The position numbers and the translations under genes are program-made. Of a stretch of DNA of 64,000 nt, positions 48,661 to 58,540 are shown piece after piece. Within the stretch, counting starts at the first letter, position 1. Every line of letters begins with the position of its first letter. This DNA comes from a bacterium (lineage in GTDB: Bacteria > Zhuqueibacterota > Zhuqueibacteria > Residuimicrobiales > Krinioviventaceae). The stretch lies in NCBI GenBank assembly GCA_963675755.2, contig CAXXMD010000003.1, forward strand, positions 960,001 through 1,024,000, given 5' to 3'. The notes below the pieces were generated by a model that was not told the origin of the DNA, ran no database searches, and was given only the letters and a program-made list of their open reading frames with translations.

Positions 48661-49686
48661 TTAATATTGTTTAATCTGGGTCAGGATTTTCCTGTACAAA
48701 TTCAAATTTTCTAAAACCATACCGGTACCCCGCACAACAGCCAGTTTGGGCTCTTCAGACACAATAACGGGCAACTTTGTTTCTTCTCGCAGACGAAGAT
48801 CAAGTCCGGTCAACAGCGAAGCCCCACCAGACATTAAAATCCCTCTGTCCAGAATGTCAGCAGAGAGTTCGGGAGGAGTAGATTCCAGGCATTGTTTTAC
48901 CGCGCTCACAATAGAGTCCACAGTTTCTGTCAATGCATCCTGAATTTGCATAGCCGTTATATCAACGGTTTTGGGTATACCTTCAATTAAATCACGACCC
49001 TTTACAGCTGTACCGCCATCCGGTGTGACCGGTGCGGCGCTGCCATATTCACATTTTAACAATTCCGCTGTATTTTCACCGATCAGCAGATTGAATTCTT
49101 TTTTAAAGTATTGGATAATAGCTTCATTCATTTCATCGCCACCAATACGCACAGAAGTTGCATTCACTATACCATACATAGAAATCACTGCAATCTCTGT
49201 GGTGCCTCCACCTATATCAATCACCATACTTCCCACCGGTTGATCAATAGGCAGCCCCAAACCAATAGCCGCAGCCATAGGTTCTTCAATGAGATGTACT
49301 TCTTTGGCTCCGGCATGTTCGGCAGCATCCCGTACGGCTCGTTTTTCCACTTCGGTAATTCCAGATGGAATACATATCGCAATACGGGGCCTGGGAATCA
49401 ACGAAGGTGATGATTTTTTTATGAAATAACGGATCATTTGTTCCGCAAGATCAAAGTCTGCAATCACACCATCTTTTAAGGGACGAACAGTAATAATTTC
49501 TCCGGGTGTTCGCCCTACCATCTCTTTTGCTTCAAAACCAAAAGCCAATATCTCTTGTGTGCGTTTTCGTATGGCGACCACAGAGGGCTCATTTAATACA
49601 ATATCCCGGTTCTTGGCAAATACCAGTGTATTTGCAGTACCCAGATCAATTGCAAGATCGTTAGAAAACAGGGAAGATAGTTTCAT
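48661..49686 (-). CDS. mreB: Rod shape-determining actin homologue MreB
   Basis: IDLGTANT, RPLKDGVIADF, EEPMAAAIG and DIGGGTTE motifs. Confidence 0.97.
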   Translation of the reverse strand: MKLSSLFSNDLAIDLGTANTLVFAKNRDIVLNEPSVVAIRKRTQEILAFGFEAKEMVGRTPGEIITVRPLKDGVIADFDLAEQMIRYFIKKSSPSLIPRPRIAICIPSGITEVEKRAVRDAAEHAGAKEVHLIEEPMAAAIGLGLPIDQPVGSMVIDIGGGTTEIAVISMYGIVNATSVRIGGDEMNEAIIQYFKKEFNLLIGENTAELLKCEYGSAAPVTPDGGTAVKGRDLIEGIPKTVDITAMQIQDALTETVDSIVSAVKQCLESTPPELSADILDRGILMSGGASLLTGLDLRLREETKLPVIVSEEPKLAVVRGTGMVLENLNLYRKILTQIKQY

Positions 49687-49713
49687 ATCTAATACTCTTG
49701 GTTATTATCTAAA

Positions 49714-51279
49714 TTAATGACGGAAATGCCGTGTACCGGTCATAACCATTGCCATATTGTGTTCATCTGCCGCGGTTACAACCTCTTCATCACGAACCGA
49801 TCCACCGGGCTGAATTACTGCTACTGCACCAGCTTCTGCCGCAGCATCCACTCCATCGCGGAACGGAAAGTACGCATCCGAGATCAGTACCGAATTATCA
49901 AGCGAAAGACCTGCGTCATGGGCTTTTTGAACTGCAAATTTTGATGAATCAACACGTGACATTTGTCCGGCGCCTATACCCAGCACTCTGGATTCATTCA
50001 CAAAAATTACCGCGTTACTTTTGACCCATTTACAGATTTTCCAGCCAAACTCCATAGCCAGCCATTCAGAGTCGGTAGGTTGACGTTTTGTAGCCACCTT
50101 GAATTGAGATTTATCATCAAATCCCAGATCCAGATTCTGCATCAGATAACCACCGGATACCGATCTCAAATCATTACCCTTGAACACAGGATTATCCTGG
50201 GGCCATTCAATTAAACGAATGTTTTTCTTTTTGGTCAATATTTCAAATGCTTTTTCAGAAAAAGAGGGGGCTACAATTACTTCTAAAAAGACTTTGGACA
50301 TTTTTTCAGCCATCTCTTCATTGATTTCACGGTTGGCCGCAACAATACCACCATACGCGGAAACCGGATCTGTCTCATTTGCCATTTCATACGCTTTGGC
50401 AATATCTTCATCCATTGCCGCGCCACAAGGATTATTGTGCTTTAATATTACAACACCAGGGCGATCAAATTCCTGTGACAATCCAATTGCAGCATTCAGA
50501 TCCAGAATATTATTAAAGCTGAGTTCTTTACCATGGAGCTTGTTGGCAGCAACAATACCATAAGGTTCAAGTGTTGCGTCAGCATAATATGCGGCATTTT
50601 GATGGGGATTTTCACCATATCTTAATCCCTGGACTTTTTTCAATTTTAAATTTATTGTATCAGGCATTTCTGCTTCTTCTGTGCCTTTGGCAAGATATGC
50701 TGAAATAGCAGTGTCATATTCAGCTGTACGTTGGAAAGCGGCGAGTGACAGGGCTTTGCGGGTTTCCAAAGTAAGGCTGCCATTTCCTGTTTCCAGTTCA
50801 TTCATAACCGTTTCATATTGTGAAGCATCGGTCAATACAGCAACGCCAGGGAAATTCTTGGCTGCTGCACGAATCATACAGGGGCCGCCTATATCAATAT
50901 TTTCAAGAGCGGTATCAATTGTTACATCGGGCTGAGCTACTGTCTTTTCAAAAGGATACAGGTTCACAACTACCATATCAATAGGGGTAATGTCATGCGC
51001 TTTAATTTCTTCCATCTGTTCGGGTTTACTACGCTTGGCAAGAATGCCGCCATGCACACGGGGATGAAGGGTTTTTACGCGTCCTCCCAATATTTCAGGG
51101 AATCCGGTAACATCTGATACAGAAGTGACGGCTATGCCGCTTTCAGTTAAATGCTTTGCTGTTCCACCAGTCGATAAAATTTCCACACCCATTTCAACCA
51201 ATCTTTTTGCAAAATCAACCAGTCCGGTCTTGTCATAAACACTAATTAATGCCCGTTTTATATTAACGTCTGCTGACAC
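49714..51279 (-). CDS. purH: Bifunctional AICAR transformylase / IMP cyclohydrolase
   Basis: [34 protein letters not shown] and GTRHFRH motifs. Confidence 0.98.
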   Translation of the reverse strand: MSADVNIKRALISVYDKTGLVDFAKRLVEMGVEILSTGGTAKHLTESGIAVTSVSDVTGFPEILGGRVKTLHPRVHGGILAKRSKPEQMEEIKAHDITPIDMVVVNLYPFEKTVAQPDVTIDTALENIDIGGPCMIRAAAKNFPGVAVLTDASQYETVMNELETGNGSLTLETRKALSLAAFQRTAEYDTAISAYLAKGTEEAEMPDTINLKLKKVQGLRYGENPHQNAAYYADATLEPYGIVAANKLHGKELSFNNILDLNAAIGLSQEFDRPGVVILKHNNPCGAAMDEDIAKAYEMANETDPVSAYGGIVAANREINEEMAEKMSKVFLEVIVAPSFSEKAFEILTKKKNIRLIEWPQDNPVFKGNDLRSVSGGYLMQNLDLGFDDKSQFKVATKRQPTDSEWLAMEFGWKICKWVKSNAVIFVNESRVLGIGAGQMSRVDSSKFAVQKAHDAGLSLDNSVLISDAYFPFRDGVDAAAEAGAVAVIQPGGSVRDEEVVTAADEHNMAMVMTGTRHFRH

Positions 51280-51322
51280 CTGAAACTCCTTTATTTATAA
51301 TTTTCAGTATTAAATAATTATT

Positions 51323-51351
51323 AATATAGTGAAAAATACATCTTTATGCAA
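51323..51351 (-). promoter_or_regulatory. Sigma-70-type promoter for purH
   Basis: Minus strand TTGCAT-N17-TATATT. Confidence 0.5.
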
Positions 51352-51364
51352 TAACGCACATTGT

Positions 51365-52009
51365 TCAGTCTTCTTTAATGACGACTTTCCTGCCTTCCAC
51401 TGAAATGCACCTGTCAGCGAAATATTTTATAGCCTGCGGATAGATTTCATGTTCTATTTTGAGAACTCGCTGATGCAGGGTTTCTACCGTATCGTCACAT
51501 TTTACCGGCACACATTTCTGACAAACCGGAGGGCCGGTATCATACTCTTCATCTACAATATGCACGGTAGCTCCGGATACTTTGGCGCCATAATCCAACA
51601 CTGCCTGATGAACATTTTTGCCATACAATCCCTGTCCGCCAAAAGATGGCAATAACGCCGGATGAATATTCAGCATTCGGCCCTTGTAAGCACGAACAAC
51701 CTCGGTTGGCATCTTGCGCATGTATCCCGCCAGCACAACCAAATCGGTTTCATACTTTTCCAGCACGCTTAGCATGTGGTCAGAAAACGCTTTAAAATCT
51801 TCAAAGTGTGTGTGCGAAATATGATGTGAAGGAATATTGTGCTGTCTAGCCAGCTCCATTGCACCCGCTTTTGATTTATTGCAAATAATTGTAACCACTT
51901 TTGCATTGATATCGCCAGCTTCAATGTGCTTTAAGATGGATGCTATATTTGATCCCCTGCCGGAAGCAAAAGCAGCGATTTTTAAAGGAGCACTTGTTTT
52001 ATCTGCCAT
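51365..52009 (-). CDS. purN: Phosphoribosylglycinamide formyltransferase
   Basis: SGRGSN, LAGYMR, NIHPALLP and GATVH..DEEYDTGP motifs. Confidence 0.97.
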   Translation of the reverse strand: MADKTSAPLKIAAFASGRGSNIASILKHIEAGDINAKVVTIICNKSKAGAMELARQHNIPSHHISHTHFEDFKAFSDHMLSVLEKYETDLVVLAGYMRKMPTEVVRAYKGRMLNIHPALLPSFGGQGLYGKNVHQAVLDYGAKVSGATVHIVDEEYDTGPPVCQKCVPVKCDDTVETLHQRVLKIEHEIYPQAIKYFADRCISVEGRKVVIKED

Positions 52010-52949
52010 TTACTAAAGACTCCATATATGTTAATTTTTCCTGATTTGTGTCTAAAACAGATTTTATGCCCAAAGGCAGCGAAATCTTGATATCAGCATG
52101 ACCATAAAATACATTACCAATGACAGGTATATTCAAATCTTTTATGTAATGCTCAACAATATCATCCAGATCAACAGGTTCTTCAGACATTTTATCAACA
52201 CAATTCGTAAACTGTCCCAAAACCAAACCCTTAATCTTGTACAATACCCCCGAATTTTTCAACTGCGCAAACAAACGATCAATTTTATACAAATCTTCAC
52301 CAACATCTTCAAGAAACAAAATACTGTTTCTAAAATCCGGTATAAAATTTGTGCCCAGCAAACCCGTCAATACAGTCATGCAGCCGCCAATCAAGCGACC
52401 TTTGGCTATGCCTTGCCGGTATACTTTGACAGGTCCGCCAATTTCTGCAAAAGAAAGCTCTGGCTGAGAATCTCCGGTCAACTGCTGCCAAAAGGACTTT
52501 TCAGAAAGCGTATCCATGCCGGTTTTCAAGTCCACAGCCACCATCGGTCCTGATAAAGAGACCAAACCGGACTTTTTATATAATGCCAGTTGAAGCGCAG
52601 TAATATCACTATAGCCCACCAGCCACTTGGGTTGTTTACGTATAACTTTATAATCTATTGCATTCAGAATACGGGGCGTTCCATAACCACCACGAGAAGT
52701 CAAAATAGCTTTGATTTGAGGATCGCTGAACATTCGGTTAATATCGTGTTCACGCTGCTGATCGCTGCCGGCCAGATAGCCATTCTTGTCTGCAATACTG
52801 CTGCCTTTAACAATTTCATACCCCCTGCTTTTTAAATATTCAACACCCTCTAAAAATGCATCATATTTCTCCCCAAACAAGGGACTTGCAGGAGAAATAA
52901 CACCAATGCAGTCGCCGGGCTTTAATGCAGCAGGTTTTCTGATTTTCAC
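51999..52949 (-). CDS. LD-carboxypeptidase (peptidase S66, LdcA-like)
   Basis: RGGYG, GYSDITAL, FLEDV and GH catalytic motifs. Confidence 0.93.
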   Translation of the reverse strand: MKIRKPAALKPGDCIGVISPASPLFGEKYDAFLEGVEYLKSRGYEIVKGSSIADKNGYLAGSDQQREHDINRMFSDPQIKAILTSRGGYGTPRILNAIDYKVIRKQPKWLVGYSDITALQLALYKKSGLVSLSGPMVAVDLKTGMDTLSEKSFWQQLTGDSQPELSFAEIGGPVKVYRQGIAKGRLIGGCMTVLTGLLGTNFIPDFRNSILFLEDVGEDLYKIDRLFAQLKNSGVLYKIKGLVLGQFTNCVDKMSEEPVDLDDIVEHYIKDLNIPVIGNVFYGHADIKISLPLGIKSVLDTNQEKLTYMESLVNGR

Positions 52950-52972
52950 AAACGGTCTCTCAAGGATGGACA

Positions 52973-52996
52973 GGCCCGAAAGGGTATTTTCGGGCC
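52973..52996 (-). terminator. Stem-loop after GWxTD gene
   Basis: GGCCCGAAA-GGGTAT-TTTCGGGCC; no clear U-tract. Confidence 0.45.
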
Positions 52997-53005
52997 GTGT
53001 TAAAT

Positions 53006-54289
53006 TTATCTCAAATACATCTGTAATTCGTACATGGATTGAGGATAATAGAATCGATAATCGCCAAAGCCAGTCTTGTCTACAAATTCAAACCTGCGGT
53101 TCAATCTGTAATAATTCCAGATCTCCCAGGGACGCATATCGCTTGGGTATGGATCACGTGCAATATCATCCGGCGGACCCAGCAAAACATACAGCATACC
53201 CCGATCTGTTCTCCAGCCCTCGCGCTGCATTACGGAAAAATAACGGTTTGCAAATTCAATACGCCCATAATGCGCATCCATTGCCTCATTCACTTCTGTT
53301 CCCGGAGTTGGATCGTGACGTTTCCAAAACTTTTTAAACTCTTCCATCTTTTCATCATCCGGGGCTTTTTTCAACAACTTCCACTCACCAGGAGTTGCAA
53401 TATACTCGATCTGACGAATTGCCATATCCAGGTTTTGTGCGGTTCCGGGTAAACCTTCCATCCGGATAAAGAAATTTTTCTCTTCTTTTGCTTTTTTCCC
53501 GCCGGCTTTTACTTCAAGCCTGAACTCATATCCATCCGGGGGTAAAGAATCTATTGGCAATTCTATTGAGGCCAGCGTACGGCTGCCAGTCAAATCAATT
53601 GAATACTCGTCTTTCAATTCCAACTTGGCATTTATCGCATCAATCTCGTATTTTATTTCAGCAGTGGCAGCATCTGTCTGATTATAAATCTCAAAAAAAG
53701 CAAAAGCGGGTGGATTCAATCCTTTAGCTACATTGGTAACCGTTGGAGAGATGCTTTTAATGCCCGCGGAATCAATCTCAATATCTTTGAGATATGCAAT
53801 ATCAGACAACATCACTTTATCTTTTGTAAACTCTTTTAATTTGAGCTTAAATTTTATCGCATAGCTCTTTTCAGATTCAAGATCCTGAACAGAAACTGCA
53901 GCCATATATTCATCAGGTTCCAGATCAAACTGGGCATGTGTAGAGCTGTACATATTCAGCGAATTGGTCTCATCAAATCGTTCTACAAGCAACTCTTCTT
54001 TCCAAATCTTCCCATCAACCTGAAATTCATCATCATCATAAATGACCATTGTCACTTCATACTTAGCTTCAAATCCACTGTCTTTTTTGATAAATTGCAA
54101 ATCATCATACTTGACTTCTACATAGACATTTATCCTGCTCAATTCAGGGTTATCCGGAACCGCAACATTCACAACATCTACATTATAAGGCATCTCAATC
54201 CTGGCAGTTGTACGTGTCATATTAGGTTGAGCATATATTAAAGACAGAGAAAATAACACAATTACAGATAGTCTCTTCATTACTTTCAT
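53006..54289 (-). CDS. GWxTD domain-containing protein
   Basis: FWKRHDPTPGT..NE, RIEFAN, GWRTDRG..Y...GPPD and EIWNY motifs; signal peptide. Confidence 0.92.
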   Translation of the reverse strand: MKVMKRLSVIVLFSLSLIYAQPNMTRTTARIEMPYNVDVVNVAVPDNPELSRINVYVEVKYDDLQFIKKDSGFEAKYEVTMVIYDDDEFQVDGKIWKEELLVERFDETNSLNMYSSTHAQFDLEPDEYMAAVSVQDLESEKSYAIKFKLKLKEFTKDKVMLSDIAYLKDIEIDSAGIKSISPTVTNVAKGLNPPAFAFFEIYNQTDAATAEIKYEIDAINAKLELKDEYSIDLTGSRTLASIELPIDSLPPDGYEFRLEVKAGGKKAKEEKNFFIRMEGLPGTAQNLDMAIRQIEYIATPGEWKLLKKAPDDEKMEEFKKFWKRHDPTPGTEVNEAMDAHYGRIEFANRYFSVMQREGWRTDRGMLYVLLGPPDDIARDPYPSDMRPWEIWNYYRLNRRFEFVDKTGFGDYRFYYPQSMYELQMYLR

Positions 54290-54322
54290 AATATTACCTT
54301 TTTACCAACACAATCATACTCT

Positions 54323-54351
54323 ATTATACAATTAAAACAATTCACATTCAA
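54323..54351 (-). promoter_or_regulatory. Sigma-70-type promoter for the GWxTD gene
   Basis: Minus strand TTGAAT-N17-TATAAT. Confidence 0.65.
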
Positions 54352-54355
54352 GTGT

Positions 54356-55645
54356 TCATTCCGACAACTTGGCATGCAAATCATAAATATCGGCGTTTGT
54401 AATTTTTACATTCACAATATCACCAATGTTAGCTGATACTGGCAAAGGTATTAATACAGAGTTGTCTATTTCAGGTGCGTCCCACTGTGTTCTGCCGATC
54501 GCTGCATTGATCTCTGTATCAATTTCATCGATGATTACCGGAATCTTTTTGCCAATCAGCTCCTTATTCTTTAAATACGTTATCTCTGCCTGAAGTTCCA
54601 TAATTTCGTTTTTGCGTTGTTCTTTTACATCCGCAGGTATATCATCCGGCAATTTATATGCACGTGTACCTTCTTCATGCGAATAGGTAAATGCACCAAG
54701 TCGTTCAAACCTAAATTCTTGCACAAAATCCAGCAATTCCAGATAATTATCTTCCGTTTCACCAGGATACCCGGTAATTACCGTAGTACGTAACATCAAT
54801 TCGGGTATCTCTTTACGCATTTGACGAATCAGAGTCTCAATTTGTTTACGTGTCACGTTCCGGCCCATAGCTTTTAAAATGGGGTCGGATATATGCTGAA
54901 CGGGTAAATCGATATACTTTACTACTTTATCCAGTTCTGCTATTGTGTGGATAAATGAATCCTGCCAATGTGCGGGATGCGTATACAATAGCCTGATCCA
55001 TTCAAGGCCATCAAGAGCGTTCAGCTCTCGGAGCAATGCGTCTAATCCTTTTGATTGATCGAGATCTCTGCCATACATGGTTGTGTCTTGCGCAACCAGC
55101 ATGATCTCACGAACTCCTGCCGAAACCAGGTTTTGCGCTTCATTCATTATACTATCGTATGGTCTGCTCACAAAATCGCCCTTAATCAGAGGAATTGCGC
55201 AATAACTGCAGCGATTGTTACAACCTTCGGCTATTTTTAAATATGCAAAATGAGAAGGCGTTATACGTAACCTTTCCAACTGTTCAACATAGGGCAGACT
55301 CAGGCTTTTATTGAGATTTCTAAGTGTTGTGGCAATCTCGGTTGTATCAAAATACTCGTCAACCTGGGGAATCTCTTTGCGGAGTTCATCTTTGTAACGC
55401 TGAGGCAAACATCCTGATACAAACACTTTGAATTGGGGATTATCTTTTTTTTGCTCAACGGCTTCCAGAATTTTATCAATAGATTCCTGTTTGGCGTCAT
55501 CAATAAATGCACAGGTATTGATAATTACTGCGTCTGCCTGCTCAACCAGATCGACAATCTCCACCCCTTCGCCTATTCCACCCAGAATAAATTCCAGATC
55601 GATCTCGTTCTTGGGACACCCCAAACTTATATATGATAGTTTCAC
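54356..55645 (-). CDS. rimO: Ribosomal protein uS12 methylthiotransferase
   Basis: SLGCPKN, NTCAFI, AYLKIAEGCNNRCSYCAIP and DAPEID (TRAM) motifs. Confidence 0.95.
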   Translation of the reverse strand: MKLSYISLGCPKNEIDLEFILGGIGEGVEIVDLVEQADAVIINTCAFIDDAKQESIDKILEAVEQKKDNPQFKVFVSGCLPQRYKDELRKEIPQVDEYFDTTEIATTLRNLNKSLSLPYVEQLERLRITPSHFAYLKIAEGCNNRCSYCAIPLIKGDFVSRPYDSIMNEAQNLVSAGVREIMLVAQDTTMYGRDLDQSKGLDALLRELNALDGLEWIRLLYTHPAHWQDSFIHTIAELDKVVKYIDLPVQHISDPILKAMGRNVTRKQIETLIRQMRKEIPELMLRTTVITGYPGETEDNYLELLDFVQEFRFERLGAFTYSHEEGTRAYKLPDDIPADVKEQRKNEIMELQAEITYLKNKELIGKKIPVIIDEIDTEINAAIGRTQWDAPEIDNSVLIPLPVSANIGDIVNVKITNADIYDLHAKLSE

Positions 55646-56553
55646 TGAAACAATGCCTCTACAAAAAGGTCAGCATCAAATTCCTGCAGATCGTCTATCT
55701 GCTCTCCTAAACCAATATAACGGACCGGTATACCCAGTTCCTTAACAATTGAAAATACAATTCCGCCTTTGGCGGTTCCATCCAGTTTAGTCAGTACTAT
55801 ACCCGTAATATTAACAGATTCTGCAAATTTCTTGGCCTGCACCAGCCCATTCTGTCCGGTGGTAGCATCCATAACCATTAACACTTGATGAGGAACATTT
55901 GGATTTTGCCTTTGAATAACCCGATGGATCTTGTCCAGCTCGGCCATCAGGTTCACTTTGGTATGCAGCCTGCCAGCGGTATCAATAATCAATACATCCA
56001 TATCTTTGGCAACAGCTGAATTATATGCATCGTACGCAACAGACGCCGGATCAGCACCTGTTTGGGGTTGAATGACTTCAGAAGCGGTTCGCTCAGCCCA
56101 AACACACAGTTGCTCAATTGCAGCCGCTCTGAACGTATCTGCAGCTGCCAGCATTACTTTTTTGTTCTGTTGTTTTAGAATATTGGCAAGTTTACCTATA
56201 GTCGTTGTTTTTCCGGTACCATTTACGCCAATAACACTGATCACATGTGGTCGCTGGCTCATATCAATCGATTGTTCCGGAAGATCCTTGAATACCTGGG
56301 CAAGTTCTCTTTTTAAAAGATTGATTACATCATCAGAGGATTTTATCGGTTCCCGTTTGCTTTTTTCTTCAAGATTTTCAATAATCTTTTCAGAGGTTTC
56401 AACACCTACATCACTCAAAATCAACAATTCTTCAAGCTCTTCCAGCACATCGCGGTCAATTTTTTTGCCCAGTGTTACAACATTTTGAATATTGTCTACA
56501 AAACCGGCCTTTGTCTTGGCAAGGCCTTTTTTTAATTTATCTGCTAAACCCAA
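55642..56553 (-). CDS. ftsY: Signal recognition particle receptor FtsY
   Basis: GVNGTGKTTT, DTFRAAA, DTAGR and TKLDGTAKGG motifs. Confidence 0.97.
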   Translation of the reverse strand: MGLADKLKKGLAKTKAGFVDNIQNVVTLGKKIDRDVLEELEELLILSDVGVETSEKIIENLEEKSKREPIKSSDDVINLLKRELAQVFKDLPEQSIDMSQRPHVISVIGVNGTGKTTTIGKLANILKQQNKKVMLAAADTFRAAAIEQLCVWAERTASEVIQPQTGADPASVAYDAYNSAVAKDMDVLIIDTAGRLHTKVNLMAELDKIHRVIQRQNPNVPHQVLMVMDATTGQNGLVQAKKFAESVNITGIVLTKLDGTAKGGIVFSIVKELGIPVRYIGLGEQIDDLQEFDADLFVEALFQ

Positions 56554-56564
56554 TTCTCATTTCC

Positions 56565-57176
56565 TTACTTGCTCTTGTAAATATTTTCAATTCTTTCTTT
56601 CAGCTTTACAGATTTTCTGATAATGGTTTCCATATGATTAAAAAAGTAGATTATTAATGAAAAAGGTATCAGAAAAATAGAAATCCACAAAGCAATCTCT
56701 TTTGCAATGGGGACCTGAAGTGTGTATAAAATGATAACCAATGCCAGAAATGTTGCTGTAAATTTACCCGGCATGTTAGATTCCATAATGGTTCTTTTGC
56801 GCTTGATAACCAGCATACTGCCCAGAAGGATAAAAAAATCACGTCCAATAACAATGGCAACAAACCAGGCAGGCAATCCCTTTTTCATGGCAAGCAGCAG
56901 CATAACCGAGGCTACACTCAGCTTGTCAATCAACGGGTCAAGTAATCGACCCAGTTGAGACGTCATGTTCAATTTCCGGGCAAAAAATCCATCCAGAAAA
57001 TCGGTAAAACTGGCCAGCAGCATAAACAGCAGGGCCAACCGATCTCCCGTCGTGGTGCCCATCCATAAAAAATACAAAACAAAGGGTAAAAAACCCAATC
57101 GGCTCAAAGTTAAAATATTCGGTAGTCCAAAAACATTCTTGTCTTCCGCAAGCAGTTCCCTAATACTGGATTTCAT
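56565..57176 (-). CDS. CDP-alcohol phosphatidyltransferase (PgsA-like)
   Basis: LPNILTLSR; TDFLDGFFAR.......GRLLDPLIDK signature. Confidence 0.92.
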   Translation of the reverse strand: MKSSIRELLAEDKNVFGLPNILTLSRLGFLPFVLYFLWMGTTTGDRLALLFMLLASFTDFLDGFFARKLNMTSQLGRLLDPLIDKLSVASVMLLLAMKKGLPAWFVAIVIGRDFFILLGSMLVIKRKRTIMESNMPGKFTATFLALVIILYTLQVPIAKEIALWISIFLIPFSLIIYFFNHMETIIRKSVKLKERIENIYKSK

Positions 57177-57185
57177 AAAACCCTC

Positions 57186-58358
57186 TTAGGTAAAGACTTT
57201 GATTGCCTCGAGAATTAATGATGGCTTTTTGACCATTGCTGACTTGAACAGACCTAAAATACTTCTTTTTTCCATAGGTAAATCCAGAATTACTTTTGCA
57301 GTATCATCAAGGTCTTTGTCACTCATATTATACACAAATTCTTTTAATTTATAAAATATTTTATTCTTTTTTCCTTCAGAATTATGCCATAATTTTTGAT
57401 ATTCGCTGAGTCGCTTTGCTGTAAAATTCTTTTCCTGTACCGCCTTACCGGCAACAATACCCGCAAATTTACCGGCCACCATACCATTCACAATACCACC
57501 TCCCGAAACCGGATTCACCTGTCTTGCGGCATCACCAACGAGCATTAATCCATCAGCATAAATTTCGTCCTGTTCAAGGCTACAAGGATCTCCGCCAACC
57601 ACAGTTGTAATAATTGCTGCGTTTGGAAAATACTCTTTCATAAACTCTTCAAGATACTGGTACACACTCTTGTCTTTTGAAGCCTCACCTGAAATACCCA
57701 AACCTACATTTGCCAATCCATTCCCTTTGGGGAACACCCACAAATACCCTTTGGGGGCGATTGAGCTTGAAAAATAAAAATGACAATAGTTCTCATCCAG
57801 ATCAATATTTTGAGCTGTATACTGTGCGCAGGTTTCCATATCTTTCATGGGAACACGGGTTTTTAATCCGGCCCAACGGCCAACGCGTGACTCTACACCA
57901 TCCGCACCAATTACAATATCAGCGAATATTTCATATTCGTTGCCAAGATGTTTTACTTTAACGCCAGCAACTTTTTCATCTTTGATAATAAGATCGTAAA
58001 CATAAGCTTTTGTTATTATTTCAGCACCTTCTTTGGCGGCAAGTTCTGCAAGTCCCTGATCAAACTTTTTGCGATTCAACACATATCCAACTTCTTTTGA
58101 ATCAACTTTAACTTCCATGCCTGACGGCGAGTACAGCATAACACCGGTAATTTTTTGATCAATCCATTGGGGTTCCAGCTTGTCCAATACGGTTAATACG
58201 CCTTTTTCACCCACACCTTCCGCGCAGCGAACAGGAACACCTACTTCACGGTCTTTTTCAAGCATCAATACAGACGCTCCTGATTGAGCAGCAAAACGAG
58301 CTGCCGTAGAACCCGCAGGGCCGGCGCCAACGACTATAACATCATATTTATTCTTCAT
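57186..58358 (-). CDS. Geranylgeranyl reductase family FAD oxidoreductase, archaeal DGGGPL-reductase-like
   Basis: Start at MKNKYD; GAGPAG, PVRCAEG, PKGYLWVFPKG (PxxYxWxFP) and GLMLVGDAA...GGGI motifs. Confidence 0.9.
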   Translation of the reverse strand: MKNKYDVIVVGAGPAGSTAARFAAQSGASVLMLEKDREVGVPVRCAEGVGEKGVLTVLDKLEPQWIDQKITGVMLYSPSGMEVKVDSKEVGYVLNRKKFDQGLAELAAKEGAEIITKAYVYDLIIKDEKVAGVKVKHLGNEYEIFADIVIGADGVESRVGRWAGLKTRVPMKDMETCAQYTAQNIDLDENYCHFYFSSSIAPKGYLWVFPKGNGLANVGLGISGEASKDKSVYQYLEEFMKEYFPNAAIITTVVGGDPCSLEQDEIYADGLMLVGDAARQVNPVSGGGIVNGMVAGKFAGIVAGKAVQEKNFTAKRLSEYQKLWHNSEGKKNKIFYKLKEFVYNMSDKDLDDTAKVILDLPMEKRSILGLFKSAMVKKPSLILEAIKVFT

Positions 58359-58530
58359 CTTTAGCCTCCAATGCGCGTATCGGACAGATATATACACAAT
58401 TCATACAAACCGTACATTTATCTGTAATTTCCAGATCATTTTCTGACAATTCAATTGCATCATGAGGGCAAACACCCACACAGGTGCCGCAAAAATCGCA
58501 TAATTCACGATTATAAATAATTTTTTTCAT
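58348..58530 (-). CDS. 2[4Fe-4S] ferredoxin
   Basis: CDFCGTCVGVCP and CTVCMNCVYICP; stop overlaps the reductase start. Confidence 0.92.
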   Translation of the reverse strand: MKKIIYNRELCDFCGTCVGVCPHDAIELSENDLEITDKCTVCMNCVYICPIRALEAKDEE

Positions 58531-58540
58531 AAGTTATCCC

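Noticed and set aside
51280-51364. ZTP or purine riboswitch upstream of purH
   Set aside because: The spacer is short and AT-rich with a promoter close to the start; no room or consensus for an aptamer.
52786-53337. Long antisense ORFs (e.g. 183 aa here, 159 aa at 10210..10689, 155 aa at 15499..15966)
   Set aside because: Shadow frames opposite well-supported genes, with no recognisable motifs.
58359-58397. Longer start for the geranylgeranyl reductase
   Set aside because: It would overlap the ferredoxin's second Cys motif; MKNKYD at 58358 has a GGAGG RBS and matches the family start.
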